Below are positions 1-27,862 of a stretch of DNA of 64,000 nucleotides, in pieces. Within the stretch, counting starts at the first letter, position 1, and the number at the start of each line of letters is the position of its first letter. The translations under genes were made by a program, and so were the position numbers. The notes beneath the pieces are model-generated. The model had not been told where the DNA came from, did no database searches, and saw nothing but the letters and a program-made list of their open reading frames with translations. This stretch comes from Halichondria panicea (Eukaryota): contig NC_087378.1 of NCBI RefSeq assembly GCF_963675165.1, forward strand, positions 270,562 to 334,561. Reading direction: 5' to 3'.

Positions 1-181
1 ATTTCTTGGCCTAATAATTATAGGCTGTATAATTATAGAGACAATAATTATATATCTCTGGGATTATATTAATAATAGGTATGGCTTAGTGAATTATGCT
101 GTTTGGCCATTCTCTGCTGCAATTAAGTGCACTGCAGTCCACTGTACAGCTAGCCACTGCATGTAGAACAGTGTACAGAGC

Positions 182-3100
182 CTATAGTGTGCATGGTACT
201 ATCACTGTATGTTTTCTCGTGGGGTAAAACAGTTCTGCTATAGCTATCTTGTTTCGAGAGGCTGGCCTACCATTGTCTGTGATGGTAACGACGGTTGTCT
301 GGGGGGCCACAAACAGCGCCCCCTGGGGAGGGGGGGACACCAACACTACAGAGAATGACTCAGTAGACTCTGAAGTAGTATCATCTAGGAGGGCCACATT
401 GACACACATCTCAGTGGGGGAGGAGGAGTCAAACACCAATGGGAATGAATCGGCCACAAAGTCAGAGCCAGCTGTAAAAATAAGTGTATGAGCATTAGCA
501 CAGGGAGGAGGTACACTTACCAATTGCTGATCCTGTTTCTTGTGTTGCTATAGTTATTGGTAGACTGATAGCAAGGGCTGGACCACTCACACTCACACAC
601 ACACTCACAAAACTGGTTCCTTCACTCACACTATCGGCAGCCTGAGAGAAGGACACTTGTGCATCTGAGAGAAGGGGGCGGGCATTAAGAGGGTGCGATT
701 AGATTGGGTGTGGTCTTACTGTCAGAGTTGTTGATGATTACTGTTCCCATGGATACACCAAATGTGATTGCATTGCTGGTGCTACTTAGTTCCACTGTGA
801 AGGTCTCGCTACTCTCCACTAGATTGTCTGGTGCTATGGCAATGTTCACACACTGTCTGACGTCAGATGAAGAGAATATCAGGAATTCATTGACACCAGT
901 GTAGTCAGAGCCAAACACTGGAGGGAGGAGAAGGGTTATATAATTATAACAAGACAATTTCGGAAAATTCAACAAGAAATGCAAACGTATCTATCAAGAA
1001 CACTAAAAAACCATGTGCACACAACCTTAAGGTCTTTACCGTTTTTGAACGAAACAAAATTTAAGATGTACATGTACAAATTAAGATTCACAGCCCAAAG
1101 TTAATCTGTCTGGGATACAAGTTACATAATTGTATATCAAAACAGGACCATTAATTTTTGTAAAAATTCCTTACATGCAATATATGGTGGCTATCCCTCA
1201 AAGTGTTTATTAAAGAAAAGGTTAAAAGTTGCAAAAGTTACGAGTTAGTCTTACGTGCAGTAGCGGTCCCGTCCATGGTAGTGAGTTGAACACCAGCTAA
1301 TCCAGTCAACTGTCCTTGAGTAATGGCTGCACACACCATCACAGACCCCTCACTCTCACTTATGATATAGTTGGCCTCCTCTAAGGAGATGGTGGCAGCT
1401 GTGGTGGGGTTGTGTTCAGTGATTGAGCATATAATAAATTATGTAATTAAGCTACTTACATGTGTCATCATCAAGAATGGTAACTGTTCCCATGGATACA
1501 CCAAGTGTGATTGCATCGCTGGTGCTACTTAGTTCCACTGTGAAGGTCTCACTACTCTCCACTAGATTGTCTGATGCTATGGCAATGTTCACACACTGTC
1601 TGACGTCAGATGAAGAGAATATCAGGAATTCAGTGACACCAGTGTAGTCAGAGCCAGACAGTGCAGTGGCAGTTCCGTCCATGGTAGTGAGTTGAACACC
1701 AGCTAATCCAGTCAACTGTCCTTGAGTAATGGCTGCACACACCATCACAGACCCCTCACTCTCACCTACGGTATAGTCGGCCGCCTCCAAGGAGATGGTG
1801 GCAGCTGTGGTGGGGTTGTGTTCAGTGATTGAGCATACAATAAATTATGTAATTAAGCTACTTACATGTGTCATCATCAATAATGGTAACTGTTCCCATG
1901 GATACACCAAGTGTGATGGCATCACTGGCGCTACTTAGTTCCACTACGAAAGTCTCGCTACTCTCCACTAGATTGTCTGGTGCTATAGCAATGTTCACGC
2001 ATTGTCTGGTATTGATGGATGACAGGAATTGAGCAGAGTTGACGGGAGTGTAGTCAGAGCCAGGCGCTAGAGGGGGGTGGATAGTGAGGGTATCATCACC
2101 AGCTACTCCACTTACTAGCTGTTCCAACAACACTAGAGAACTGGAGGGGCAGGAGCACTCCAGGGTCAATTTCTCCATCAGTAATGGCTGCACACACCAT
2201 CAGAGATCCACTATCCTCAGTCACACTGTACACACCCATCTCTAGGGAGACTGTCACGGCTGTGTGTGTGTGTGGGAGGGGGAGGGGAGTGATCACTCAC
2301 CTTATACCAGCAAGAGTTGACTTACTATCATCATTGAGAATGGTGACTGTTGCCATTGAAGCACCCAGTGTGACATCAGGATCAGAGCTAGTCAGTTGCA
2401 GTGTGAAGGTCTCATCATTTTCTACCCGACTGTCTTGAGTGATGCTGATACCACCACACTGTGTCAGACCATTGGCAGTGAACGTGAGAGACATAGTACC
2501 CAGGAAATAGTCACTACCGGCCTCTGTAAGGGAAGGAGGGATTGTGTCAGTCGAGGTGTTTAGTGCATTGCCAGCATCCATCAACTCACCAGCTGTTCCG
2601 TCCGTGGCAGAGAGTTGAACTGACACAGTTTCAGCTGACAACAGCTGTTCACTGGTAATGACTGCACACACCACCAGAGATCCACTATCCTCAGCAACAC
2701 TGTACACATCCATCTCTAGGGAGACTGTCACGGCTGTTGTGGTGGGGTTAGTAATACTGTAGGGTCGTTTATATTGAAGTTGAACTTACTATCATCATCA
2801 ACAATGGTAACTGTTCCCATGGATACACCAAATGTGATTGCATCGCTGGTGCTACTTAGTTCCACTGTGAAGGTCTCGCTACTCTCCACTAGATTGTCTG
2901 ATGCTATGGCAATGTTCACACACTGTCTGACGTCAGATGAAGAGAATATCAGGACTTCAGTGACACCAGTGTAGTCAGAGCCAGACAGTGCAGTGGCAGT
3001 TCCGTCCATGGTAGTGAGTTGAACACCAGCTAATCCAGTCAACTGTCCTTGAGTAATGGCTGCACACACCATCACAGACCCCTCACTCTCACCTATGGTA

Positions 3101-6100
3101 TAGTCGGCCAACTCCAAGGAGATGGTGGCAGCTGTGGTGGGGTTGTGTTCAGTGATTGAGCATACAATAAATTATGTAATTAAGCTACTTACATGTGTCA
3201 TCATCAATAATGGTAACTGTTCCCATGGATACACCAAATGTGATTGCATCGCTGGTGCTACTTAGTTCCACTGTGAAGGTCTCGCTACTCTCCACTAGAT
3301 TGTCTGATGCTATGGCAATGTTCACACACTGTCTGACATCAGATGAAGAGAATATCAGGACTTCAGTGACACCAGTGTAGTCAGAACCAGACAGTGCAGT
3401 GGCAGTTCCGTCCATGGTAGTGAGTTGAACACCAGCTAATCCAGTCAACTGTCCTTGAGTAATGGCTGCACACACCATCACAGACCCCTCACTCTCACCT
3501 ACAGTATAGTCGGCCAACTCCAAGGAGATGGTGGCAGCTGTGGTGGGGTTGTGTTCAGTGATTGAGCATACATAAATTATGTAATTAAGCTACTTACATG
3601 TGTCATCATCAATAATGGTAACTGTTCCCATGGATACACCAAATGTGATTGCATCGCTGGTGCTACTTAGTTCCACTGTGAAGGTCTCGCTACTCTCCAC
3701 TAGATTGTCTGATGCTATGGCAATGTTCACACACTGTCTGACGTCAGATGAAGAGAATATCAGGACTTCAGTGACACCAGTGTAGTCAGAGCCAGACAGT
3801 GCAGTGGCAGTTCCGTCCATGGTAGTGAGTTGAACACCAGCTAATCCAGTCAACTGTCCTTGAGTAATGGCTGCACACACCATCACAGACCCCTCACTCT
3901 CACCTACAGTATAGTCGGCCAACTCCAAGGAGATGGTGGCAGCTGTGGTGGGGTTGTGTTCAGTGATTGAGCATACAATAAATTATGTAATTAAGCTACT
4001 TACATGTGTCATCATCAATAATGGTAACTGTTCCCATGGATACACCAAATGTGATTGCATCGCTGGTGCTACTTAGTTCCACTGTGAAGGTCTCGCTACT
4101 CTCCACTAGATTGTCTGATGCTATGGCAATGTTCACACACTGTCTGACGTCAGATGAAGAGAATATCAGGACTTCAGTGACACCAGTGTAGTCAGAGCCA
4201 GACAGTGCAGTGGCAGTTCCGTCCATGGTAGCGAGTTGAACACCAGCTAATCCAGTCAACTGTCCTTGAGTAATGGCTGCACACACCATCACAGACCCCT
4301 CACTCTCACCTACGGTATAGTCGGCCAACTCCAAGGAGATGGTGGCAGCTGTGGTGGGGTTGTGTTCAGTGATTGAGCATACAATAAATTATGTAATTAA
4401 GCTACTTACATGTGTCATCATCAATAATGGTAACTGTTCCCATGGATACACCAAATGTGATTGCATCGCTGGTGCTACTTAGTTCCACTGTGAAGGTCTC
4501 GCTACTCTCCACTAGATTGTCTGATGCTACGGCAATGTTCACACACTGTCTGACGTCAGATGAAGAGAATATCAGGACTTCAGTGACACCAGTATAGTCA
4601 GAGCCAGACAGTGCAGTGGCAGTTCCGTCCATGGTAGTGAGTTGAACACCAGCTAATCCAGTCAACTGTCCTTGAGTAATGGCTGCACACACCATCACAG
4701 ACCCCTCACTCTCACCTACGGTATAGTCGGCCAACTCCAAGGAGATGGTGGCAGCTGTGGTGGGGTTGTGTTCAGTGATTGAGCATACAATAAATTATGT
4801 AATTAAGCGACTTACTTATACGATCACCATCAAGAATAGTAACTGTTGCCATGGATACACCAAGTGTGACATCATCGCTGGTGCTACGTAGTTCTACTGT
4901 GAAGGTCTCGCTACTCTCCACTAGATTGTCTGATGCTATGGCAATGTTCACACACTGTCTGACGTCAGATGAAGAGAATATCAGGAATTCAGTGACACCA
5001 GTGTAGTCAGAGCCAGACAGTGCAGTGGCAGTTCCGTCCATGGTAGTGAGTTGAACACCAGCTAATCCAGTCAACTGTCCTTGAGTAATGGCTGCACACA
5101 CCATCACAGACCCCTCACTCTCACCTACAGTATAGTCGGCCAACTCCAAGGAGATGGTGGCAGCTGTGGTGGGGTTGTGTTCAGTGATTGAGCATACAAT
5201 AAATTATGTAATTAAGCTACTTACATGTGTCATCATCAATAATGGTAACTGTTCCCATGGATACACCAAATGTGATTGCATCGTTGGTGCTACTTAGTTC
5301 CACTGTGAAGGTCTCGCTACTCTCCACTAGATTGTCTGATGCTATGGCAATGTTCACACACTGTCTGACGTCAGATGAAGAGAATATCAGGACTTCAGTG
5401 ACACCAGTGTAGTCAGAGCCAGACAGTGCAGTGGCAGTTCCGTCCATGGTAGTGAGTTGAACACCAGCTAATCCAGTCAACTGTCCTTGAGTAATGGCTG
5501 CACACACCATCACAGACCCCTCACTCTCACCTACGGTATAGTCGGCCAACTCCAAGGAGATGGTGGCAGCTGTGGTGGGGTTGTGTTCAGTGATTGAGCA
5601 TACAATAAATTATGTAATTAAGCTACTTACATGTGTCATCATCAATAATGGTAACTGTTCCCATGGATACACCAAATGTGATTGCATCGCTGGTGCTACT
5701 TAGTTCCACTGTGAAGGTCTCGCTACTCTCCACTAGATTGTCTGATGCTATGGCAATGTTCACACACTGTCTGACGTCAGATGAAGAGAATATCAGGACT
5801 TCAGTGACACCAGTGTAGTCAGAACCAGACAGTGCAGTGGCAGTTCCGTCCATGGTAGTGAGTTGAACACCAGCTAATCCAGTCAACTGTCCTTGAGTAA
5901 TGGCTGCACACACCATCACAGACCCCTCACTCTCACCTACAGTATAGTCGGCCAACTCCAAGGAGATGGTGGCAGCTGTGGTGGGGTTGTGTTCAGTGAT
6001 TGAGCATACATAAATTATGTAATTAAGCTACTTACATGTGTCATCATCAATAATGGTAACTGTTCCCATGGATACACCAAATGTGATTGCATCGCTGGTG

Positions 6101-9100
6101 CTACTTAGTTCCACTGTGAAGGTCTCGCTACTCTCCACTAGATTGTCTGATGCTATGGCAATGTTCACACACTGTCTGACGTCAGATGAAGAGAATATCA
6201 GGACTTCAGTGACACCAGTGTAGTCAGAGCCAGACAGTGCAGTGGCAGTTCCGTCCATGGTAGTGAGTTGAACACCAGCTAATCCAGTCAACTGTCCTTG
6301 AGTAATGGCTGCACACACCATCACAGACCCCTCACTCTCACCTACAGTATAGTCGGCCAACTCCAAGGAGATGGTGGCAGCTGTGGTGGGGTTGTGTTCA
6401 GTGATTGAGCATACAATAAATTATGTAATTAAGCTACTTACATGTGTCATCATCAATAATGGTAACTGTTCCCATGGATACACCAAATGTGATTGCATCG
6501 CTGGTGCTACTTAGTTCCACTGTGAAGGTCTCGCTACTCTCCACTAGATTGTCTGATGCTATGGCAATGTTCACACACTGTCTGACGTCAGATGAAGAGA
6601 ATATCAGGAATTCAGTGACACCAGTGTAGTCAGAGCCAGACAGTGCAGTGGCAGTTCCGTCCATGGTAGCGAGTTGAACACCAGCTAATCCAGTCAACTG
6701 TCCTTGAGTAATGGCTGCACACACCATCACAGACCCCTCACTCTCACCTACGGTATAGTCGGCCAACTCCAAGGAGATGGTGGCAGCTGTGGTGGGGTTG
6801 TGTTCAGTGATTGAGCATACAATAAATTATGTAATTAAGCTACTTACATGTGTCATCATCAATAATGGTAACTGTTCCCATGGATACACCAAATGTGATT
6901 GCATCGTTGGTGCTACTTAGTTCCACTGTGAAGGTCTCGCTACTCTCCACTAGATTGTCTGATGCTATGGCAATGTTCACACACTGTCTGACGTCAGATG
7001 AAGAGAATATCAGGACTTCAGTGACACCAGTATAGTCAGAGCCAGACAGTGCAGTGGCAGTTCCGTCCATGGTAGTGAGTTGAACACCAGCTAATCCAGT
7101 CAACTGTCCTTGAGTAATGGCTGCACACACCATCACAGACCCCTCACTCTCACCTACGGTATAGTCGGCCAACTCCAAGGAGATGGTGGCAGCTGTGGTG
7201 GGGTTGTGTTCAGTGATTGAGCATACAATAAATTATGTAATTAAGCGACTTACTTATACGATCACCATCAAGAATAGTAACTGTTGCCATGGATACATCA
7301 AGTGTGACATCATCGCTGGTGCTACGTAGTTCCACTGTGAAGGTCTCGCTACTCTCCACTAGATTGTCTGATGCTATGGCAATGTTCACACACTGTCTGA
7401 CGTCAGATGAAGAGAATATCAGAAATTGATTAACACCAGTGTAGTCAGAGCCAGACACTGGAGGGAGGAGAAGGGTTATAAAATCGGGAAGGAAGTGACA
7501 AGAGTAGTCTTACGTGCAGTGGCAGTTCCGTCCATGGTAGTGAGTTGAACACCAGCTAATTCAGCCAACTGTCCTTGAGTAATGGCTGTACACACCATCA
7601 CAGACCCCTCACTCTCACCTACGGTATAGTCGGCCACCTCCAAGGAGATGGTGGCAACTGTGGTGTGATGGGGGGTAGTCAGGCATACAACACACACCAT
7701 AACTTATGCAAATCAGAGTCAGTAACTACAATGGTGGCTATTCACTCACCGTTACTATCAATAATTTCCACTGACACATCTTGTAGGGTCACCGTGACGA
7801 ATGAGTCTCCAGCTGTAATGTGGCCAGTGAAGATTTCAGAGGATTCCAGTAGTTGGTCATCATTGATTGTCACCTCAACATTCTGTATTCCCGGACCACT
7901 AAACTCAATAATCTGTACCGTACCGTCGTAATCATCAGGGGCTGTAATTATAGGTATGATAGCATGAGTGGTGCTGACTCAGCAAGCTGCTGACTTACCT
8001 TCCGCTGAACCATCACGTGTGTAGAAAACAAAGTACGAGGTGAGGGGCTGCACTTGTATGGGATCAGGGAAATCTCCACTGATGCTGACTGATAATACGA
8101 GGGGACCTTCATTCTCCCGGACCCGCACAGAAGAAGCCGTGAAACCAACAGTGATCTCTGGAGGAGCAGTGAATAATTGATCATGACATAATTATATTGT
8201 AATACAGTGGAACCTCCATTAACGACCACCTCCAATTGCAAAGAGCAACCACACGCTATATAACGGCCAAGAGCTCAGGTCCGGATTGAAACTACAATGA
8301 CTTCAATGTAAAGCAACCTTTCAGGAGCGACCACCTCTTTACTCCGCATAACGAGCAGCTTTCTAGTCGGCCCCAACTAGCTTTAGCAACGGAAAATAAC
8401 CTCCAGAATTAGCAGAAAATTATTGCTGAGATAGCATTATTTTGCACAATCGTGAAAACCTGGCTGTAGCTTGTCTCTACAGCCTTTTCAAAGCTTGTAT
8501 GAGCTAAAGAAGCAGTTAGCAAAGCCCCAAGATTCCTTTGCAGCAAGAAATGACTCATAGAAAATACATAGCTGGCAATCGAAACCTCCCAAGGAAGACC
8601 ACCTCTCTATAACGGCCAAAAGGCTGGTCCCCAATGGTGTCCATTTTATGAAGGTTCCACTGTACATGTTTGAACTTATTATTGACTACCTTATTATAAA
8701 CGGGTACTAATTTTAGCAAATTTTAGCGAACTTGTAATTAATGCTAAATTAAGTACCGTACGGGTAGAAAATTTCGAGGTGTTTTTAATTTCGCGTTTTT
8801 CGTGGGTGGCTGCAGAACACGAAAATTAAAACCTATGGAAGGCTTCGTATACGCATGCGAGATAGTGCCACACCCTAACTCCACGAAATTTACTACCCGC
8901 GAAATTTTCCAAATAAGACAGAATATTGAATTGCACGAAAATTTACACCCTCGAAATTTTCCACCTGTACGGTACGCGCTAATAATAAAACGCAATTGAT
9001 AAAAAAATATGTATGTTTTTTTTTCATATACTTTTGTATAATGTAATGTACTTTTGAGAGTATGCTAAGCAAGCTAGCCCTTTCTTTATCTGTATCTGAC

Positions 9101-9279
9101 TCCAAACTTTCCATTCAACCTTAAAACTCATACTTGTACATCTTTTGAGATATAATTATTGTGGTAATGAATTTGCTACAAATCCGCCAAAATTAGTACC
9201 CTAAAAACAGAGAAAAACCTGAAAACGCTAAAATTACTACCCATCTATTAAGGTATTGTATACATAATGTACCATTTTC

Positions 9280-9311
<32 letters not shown>

Positions 9312-11387
9312 AGTGTTTTACCAGGGAAGCAAGAGGCAGTGAGGATGTCCTCACAGCAGTCTCCTCGCTGGAAACAGCCCTGAGAGCACGAGCAGTTGAC
9401 TAGTGCCACGGAGATGACACAGTCAGTGGTGCTGCTCTCTACACAGCAGCCATCGTACACACCACGGCACAAGTCTACAGTATGTCAGACACCATGCGTA
9501 ATAGTGACTCTATAGTTCCTACATCTAACCTGTAGGGAATGCACCACTGCCACTGCCACTGCCACTCCCACTGCCCATAAGCTCTGCACACAGTGACAAA
9601 GAGTGTGAGAATGGAATGCAACACATTAAGCTCATTAGCCTTGTACCAGGCAGAGAAATGCACACACACAACAAACACTCACCACTGCAAGACAAGCCAT
9701 CACCCGTGTAACCAGGCAGACACACACACTCAAAACCAATCGCCATGTCAACACAATTGGCATTAGGGTCACAGTTACTCAGACCTTGCAAGCACTCATC
9801 AACCACTGAAATATAAGGAGGAGACCATTATTATTAGTATGTGGCCATACTAACATAATTATATCCCTCACACCGATGCTTAAACAAACACTGACTAGCT
9901 GCTACGTACTATACTACATCGATAATTAGCACAATTATAATATGTGCGCATGATATATATAAACTCACAGGGTCTCTCTACCGAGGTGCCCACTTCAAAT
10001 ATCCACACTCCTCCAACTCCAACGTTGGTGGTTGTATCAAGCTCCAGGACAGCACCCGTGTTGGAGCCAGGCAAAAAGAACATGTTGGAACCTTCCCCAA
10101 TAAAACCCACGTCAGCTCTGTCCCCCCCGAATCCATTGACCCCACCATCACTATCCCCTGTCATCCATTGTAGGAGGTTGTCTGCATACATCAGGACAGT
10201 GAAGGATCTTACTCCATCAGTGGCCACTATGCACTGGAACGTATTTGTCTGGGGAGGAACAAGAGAGGACAATTATACTTTGCACTGCAAGTAATTGTAT
10301 TTGACAAACCATGCAATACTACCACTCACTAGATCATCATGGTTGTCTTGGTAGCCGACGTAGAACCAGGTGGCAATGAAAGCACTTGAGACAGTAGAGC
10401 TACCAAAGCCGAGGTTGGCTAGTTCGTTGACTCTGTTCAATACTGCAAGCTCTGTAGTCTCTCGATAGAAGACATGTCCAATACTAGTTGTGTCTGCATC
10501 AGCTGAGAAGGCATAGACGGATGCTGAGGTTCCACCACTGCTGACCAACTCCAACACACCATCAGTGTGCACCTATGCATGGGATTAGGGGGTAGGGCAA
10601 CACAAGAGAGGTAATATGTGCAGTGGGGGGGGGGGGGGGGGGGGATTGCAGTGCATGCATTAAAGAGGTAGTGAGTGCAGGGGGGTTAGTATGCGGGCCA
10701 GGCAGTGCAGGACAACACACAATGTGGGAGAGGTAATGGAGAGACAATCATTGCCTGGTACTGAGGTAGTACAGTGTAGGGTGCATGGTGACTGGTACAA
10801 GTGTCCACATGACAACACCATATACAGTCCAACTATCTCTGCTATGTGGGTGATCATAATTATCAATACAAACATTGGATTGCATTCTGCAAACTGAGGC
10901 TAAAGATGGAAAGCGATGCGAGCACCACTCACGCACACACACACTACTCCCAGGCCTTCCTTTTATTGCTGATTTAGTCTAGCTGAGTATCTATCTATAG
11001 AAGGCAGCAAAAAACAAAAAGACGACATGAGGCAGCAATCAACTTATTGTGACATGCAAGAACAGAAGAAAGAGCCTGTGTAGCCACCACACACACACAC
11101 ACATGCATACACACATATATACTACAGGCAATACACCACTCACTCACACACACACACACAGAGGCTACAGATAATGCACGTACTGTAATAGTCTCCCGCT
11201 GCAGTCCTAGGAATGGAATATTGGCCGCTAAATTCACAGAAGCTGATACATCATTTCCTCGCTGCAACTCAGTGTCTCCAGAGTCGGGGCCAAATGGCAG
11301 GAACATGGGGAGAGGTATCGCCCACACAGTCTGGAGGGCCGTCAGACATAGTAACAAAACTCTCACTGACACCATAACCTCCACCAT
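182..11387 (-). CDS. Multi-exon gene for a secreted NIDO / cbEGF / SMB-like / Calx-beta (at least 20 copies) protein; the 3' end probably runs off the window start. Exon 1 is ~11196-11387. NIDO exons are ~10322-10567 and ~9960-10250. The cbEGF exon is ~9690-9806 and the SMB-like exon ~9300-9462. Divergent Calx-beta exons lie at ~7950-8160 and ~7745-7930, the near-identical array at 720-7700, and a further Calx-beta exon at ~243-523.
   Basis: Minus-strand translations: exon 1 MVEVMVSVRVLLLCLTALQTVWAIPLPMFLPFGPDSGDTELQRGNDVSASVNLAANIPFLGLQRETIT has a signal peptide followed by the NIDO N-terminal motif. ...HTDGVLELVSS...AFIATWFYVGYQDN and ...NTFQCIVATDGVRSFTVLMYADNLLQW are NIDO-like. VVDECLQGLSNCDPNANCVDMAIGFECVCLPGYTGDGLSCS is a calcium-binding EGF domain. 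CSCSQGCFQRGDCCEDILTASC matches the somatomedin-B cysteine pattern. The repeated ...ADYTVGESEGSVMVCAAITQGQL...SSETFTVELSSTSDAITFGVSMGTVTIIDDD is a Calx-beta domain. Every exon is bounded by GT...AG with a consistent phase (DDDT then one extra nt, then GTAAGT). Confidence 0.6.
1260..7700 (-). repeat. Tandem array of about 15 near-identical units of ~405-406 bp, each unit being one Calx-beta exon (~339 bp, 113 codons, phase-preserving) plus one ~66 bp GT-AG intron. More divergent units lie at 1858-2731 and 7745-8160.
   Basis: ORF track shows 112-aa MELADYTVGESEGSVMVCAAITQGQLTGLAGVQLTTMDGTATALSGSDYTGVTEVLIFSSSDVRQCVNIAIASDNLVESSETFTVELSSTSDAITFGVSMGTVTIIDDDTCK repeating at 3185, 3590, 3996, 4402, 5217, 5623, 6028, 6434 and 6840, with a period of 405-406 bp. 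The intron sequence gtaagtagcttaattacataatttattgtatgctcaatcactgaacacaaccccaccacag is itself conserved. A handful of diagnostic substitutions (LATMDG, STND, ELRSTSDDVTL...ILDGDR) are shared between non-adjacent units. Confidence 0.9.
8198..8657. mobile_element. MITE-like non-autonomous TIR element in an intron of the Calx-beta gene. TIRs are TACAGTGGAACCT / AGGTTCCACTGTA, flanked by TA, as in Stowaway/Tc1-mariner-derived elements.
   Basis: ...gtaaTACAGTGGAACCTCC... at ~8198 and ...gaAGGTTCCACTGTAcatg at ~8645-8657. Internal direct repeats accacctc...taacggccaa. No ORF. Confidence 0.45.
8756..8975. mobile_element. Second MITE-like element with ~25-bp TIRs, TACCGTACGGGTAGAAAATTTCGAGG / CCTCGAAATTTTCCACCTGTACGGTA. 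It belongs to a dispersed TACCGTA-ended repeat family.
   Basis: Terminal inverted repeats read directly at 8756-8782 and 8950-8975. Related TACCGTA(T/C)ACG...GAAAATT ends occur at ~12672, ~43776, ~44097 and ~46327. Confidence 0.4.
9285..9311. repeat. (TG)n microsatellite in an intron.
   Basis: tgtgtgtg... run. Confidence 0.9.
10625..10645. repeat. Poly-G homopolymer (~21 nt).
   Basis: cagtggggggggggggggggggggattg. Confidence 0.9.
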
Positions 11388-12037
11388 TCAACTAGCAACA
11401 ATCCTAACACACAACTATTGCAAATAATAGACTGTAGCTATATAGCTTGAGAGTTCGTTTTGCTTATAAATATCACTGAAATGAACGTAATGTCGTATGC
11501 TGCATGCACTGTGGACTATCATAGCTAGCTTGAGCTGTGTGTGGTATGCTAACATGGAAGCCCTACAGAGACGTACCAGGCAATGTGATTGTCAGGATAA
11601 TTATAGCTCATTTGCACACTTATGATCTTAGCTCCTCCTGACTACTGGCAGGTTGGGAGGAATGAGACACACACACACGTGAAGTCATTGATATCTCTTT
11701 ATATACAAGCAGCCTTACAATAATAATTTCACTATTAAAGCAGATCAGATGACATCTCTTGCAGCTTTGTATCAGCAGTGCCACTGCATGGTGTTCATGA
11801 ATGGTGTGTTAATTCATCAGTCCTTCATCTGCATGCATGTTCTGTAGCCAGTCCATTCATAACTTATCAATGATTAACTTGACCATTAATACCAAATTTA
11901 TATCAACATTAATAGTGTACAATATGCACACAATAAAGAATAATGCAAGCACAATGAACCAAGCATTGGATAGCGAGTTTAACAACAATAGTCTAATAGT
12001 GTGAATGAATAAATGAGTTGGTTGGTTGATGTGGTGT

Positions 12038-27471
<15,434 letters not shown>

Positions 27472-27862
27472 TAGTGATTCTTGCTGCAGCTGCCCGCCAG
27501 AAACACAAGTCCAGAAACGATCACCACCTCCTGCACCTGGCTTTCAAATCTTACTCGTTGTAATTACTATTAGTACGGTTTATTGGATATCTTTTCCTGC
27601 AAACGAGCCCCTCCCCTTATTCTTGAGGTAGTTTTGCAAACTAGATCTAGTTGTAACATGTCAGTCAGCGCAGCATGGATACACGAACACATGGGACCAT
27701 ATAATGATCATATGTTATCATCTGAGGAGACTCTCTAGTCTTGCAGGCCATACGTTGAAGGAGGGGACGGCTACCTTGTAATCACACTCACAGGACAGTG
27801 TGTGGACGGGATTAATAAAGTTTCTATTTCTATCCAAACTATTTGTTCATCAACTTAAATCA

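Noticed and set aside
1462-7035. Recurring 61-66-aa plus-strand ORFs (MSSSIMVTVPMDTPNVIASLVLLSSTVKVSLLSTRLSD...) once per 405-bp unit.
   Set aside because: They are the antisense reading of the Calx-beta exons. They have no splice or start context of their own, and the sense-strand reading gives a recognisable domain.
1260-7700. A regularly spaced repeat array that could superficially suggest a CRISPR array or a prokaryotic repeat locus.
   Set aside because: The period is 405 bp, and the unit is a protein-coding exon plus a GT-AG intron. The surrounding genes are spliced metazoan genes, which rules out a prokaryotic interpretation of the whole window.
8802-9114. Small ORFs 8744-8995 (minus), 8802-8999 (plus) and 8893-9114 (minus).
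   Set aside because: They lie inside a MITE and an AT-rich intron, and have no domain signal or splice context.
9944-10294. Plus-strand 116-aa Pro/Ser-rich ORF.
   Set aside because: It is antisense to the well-supported NIDO exons, and its low-complexity composition is typical of antisense reads.
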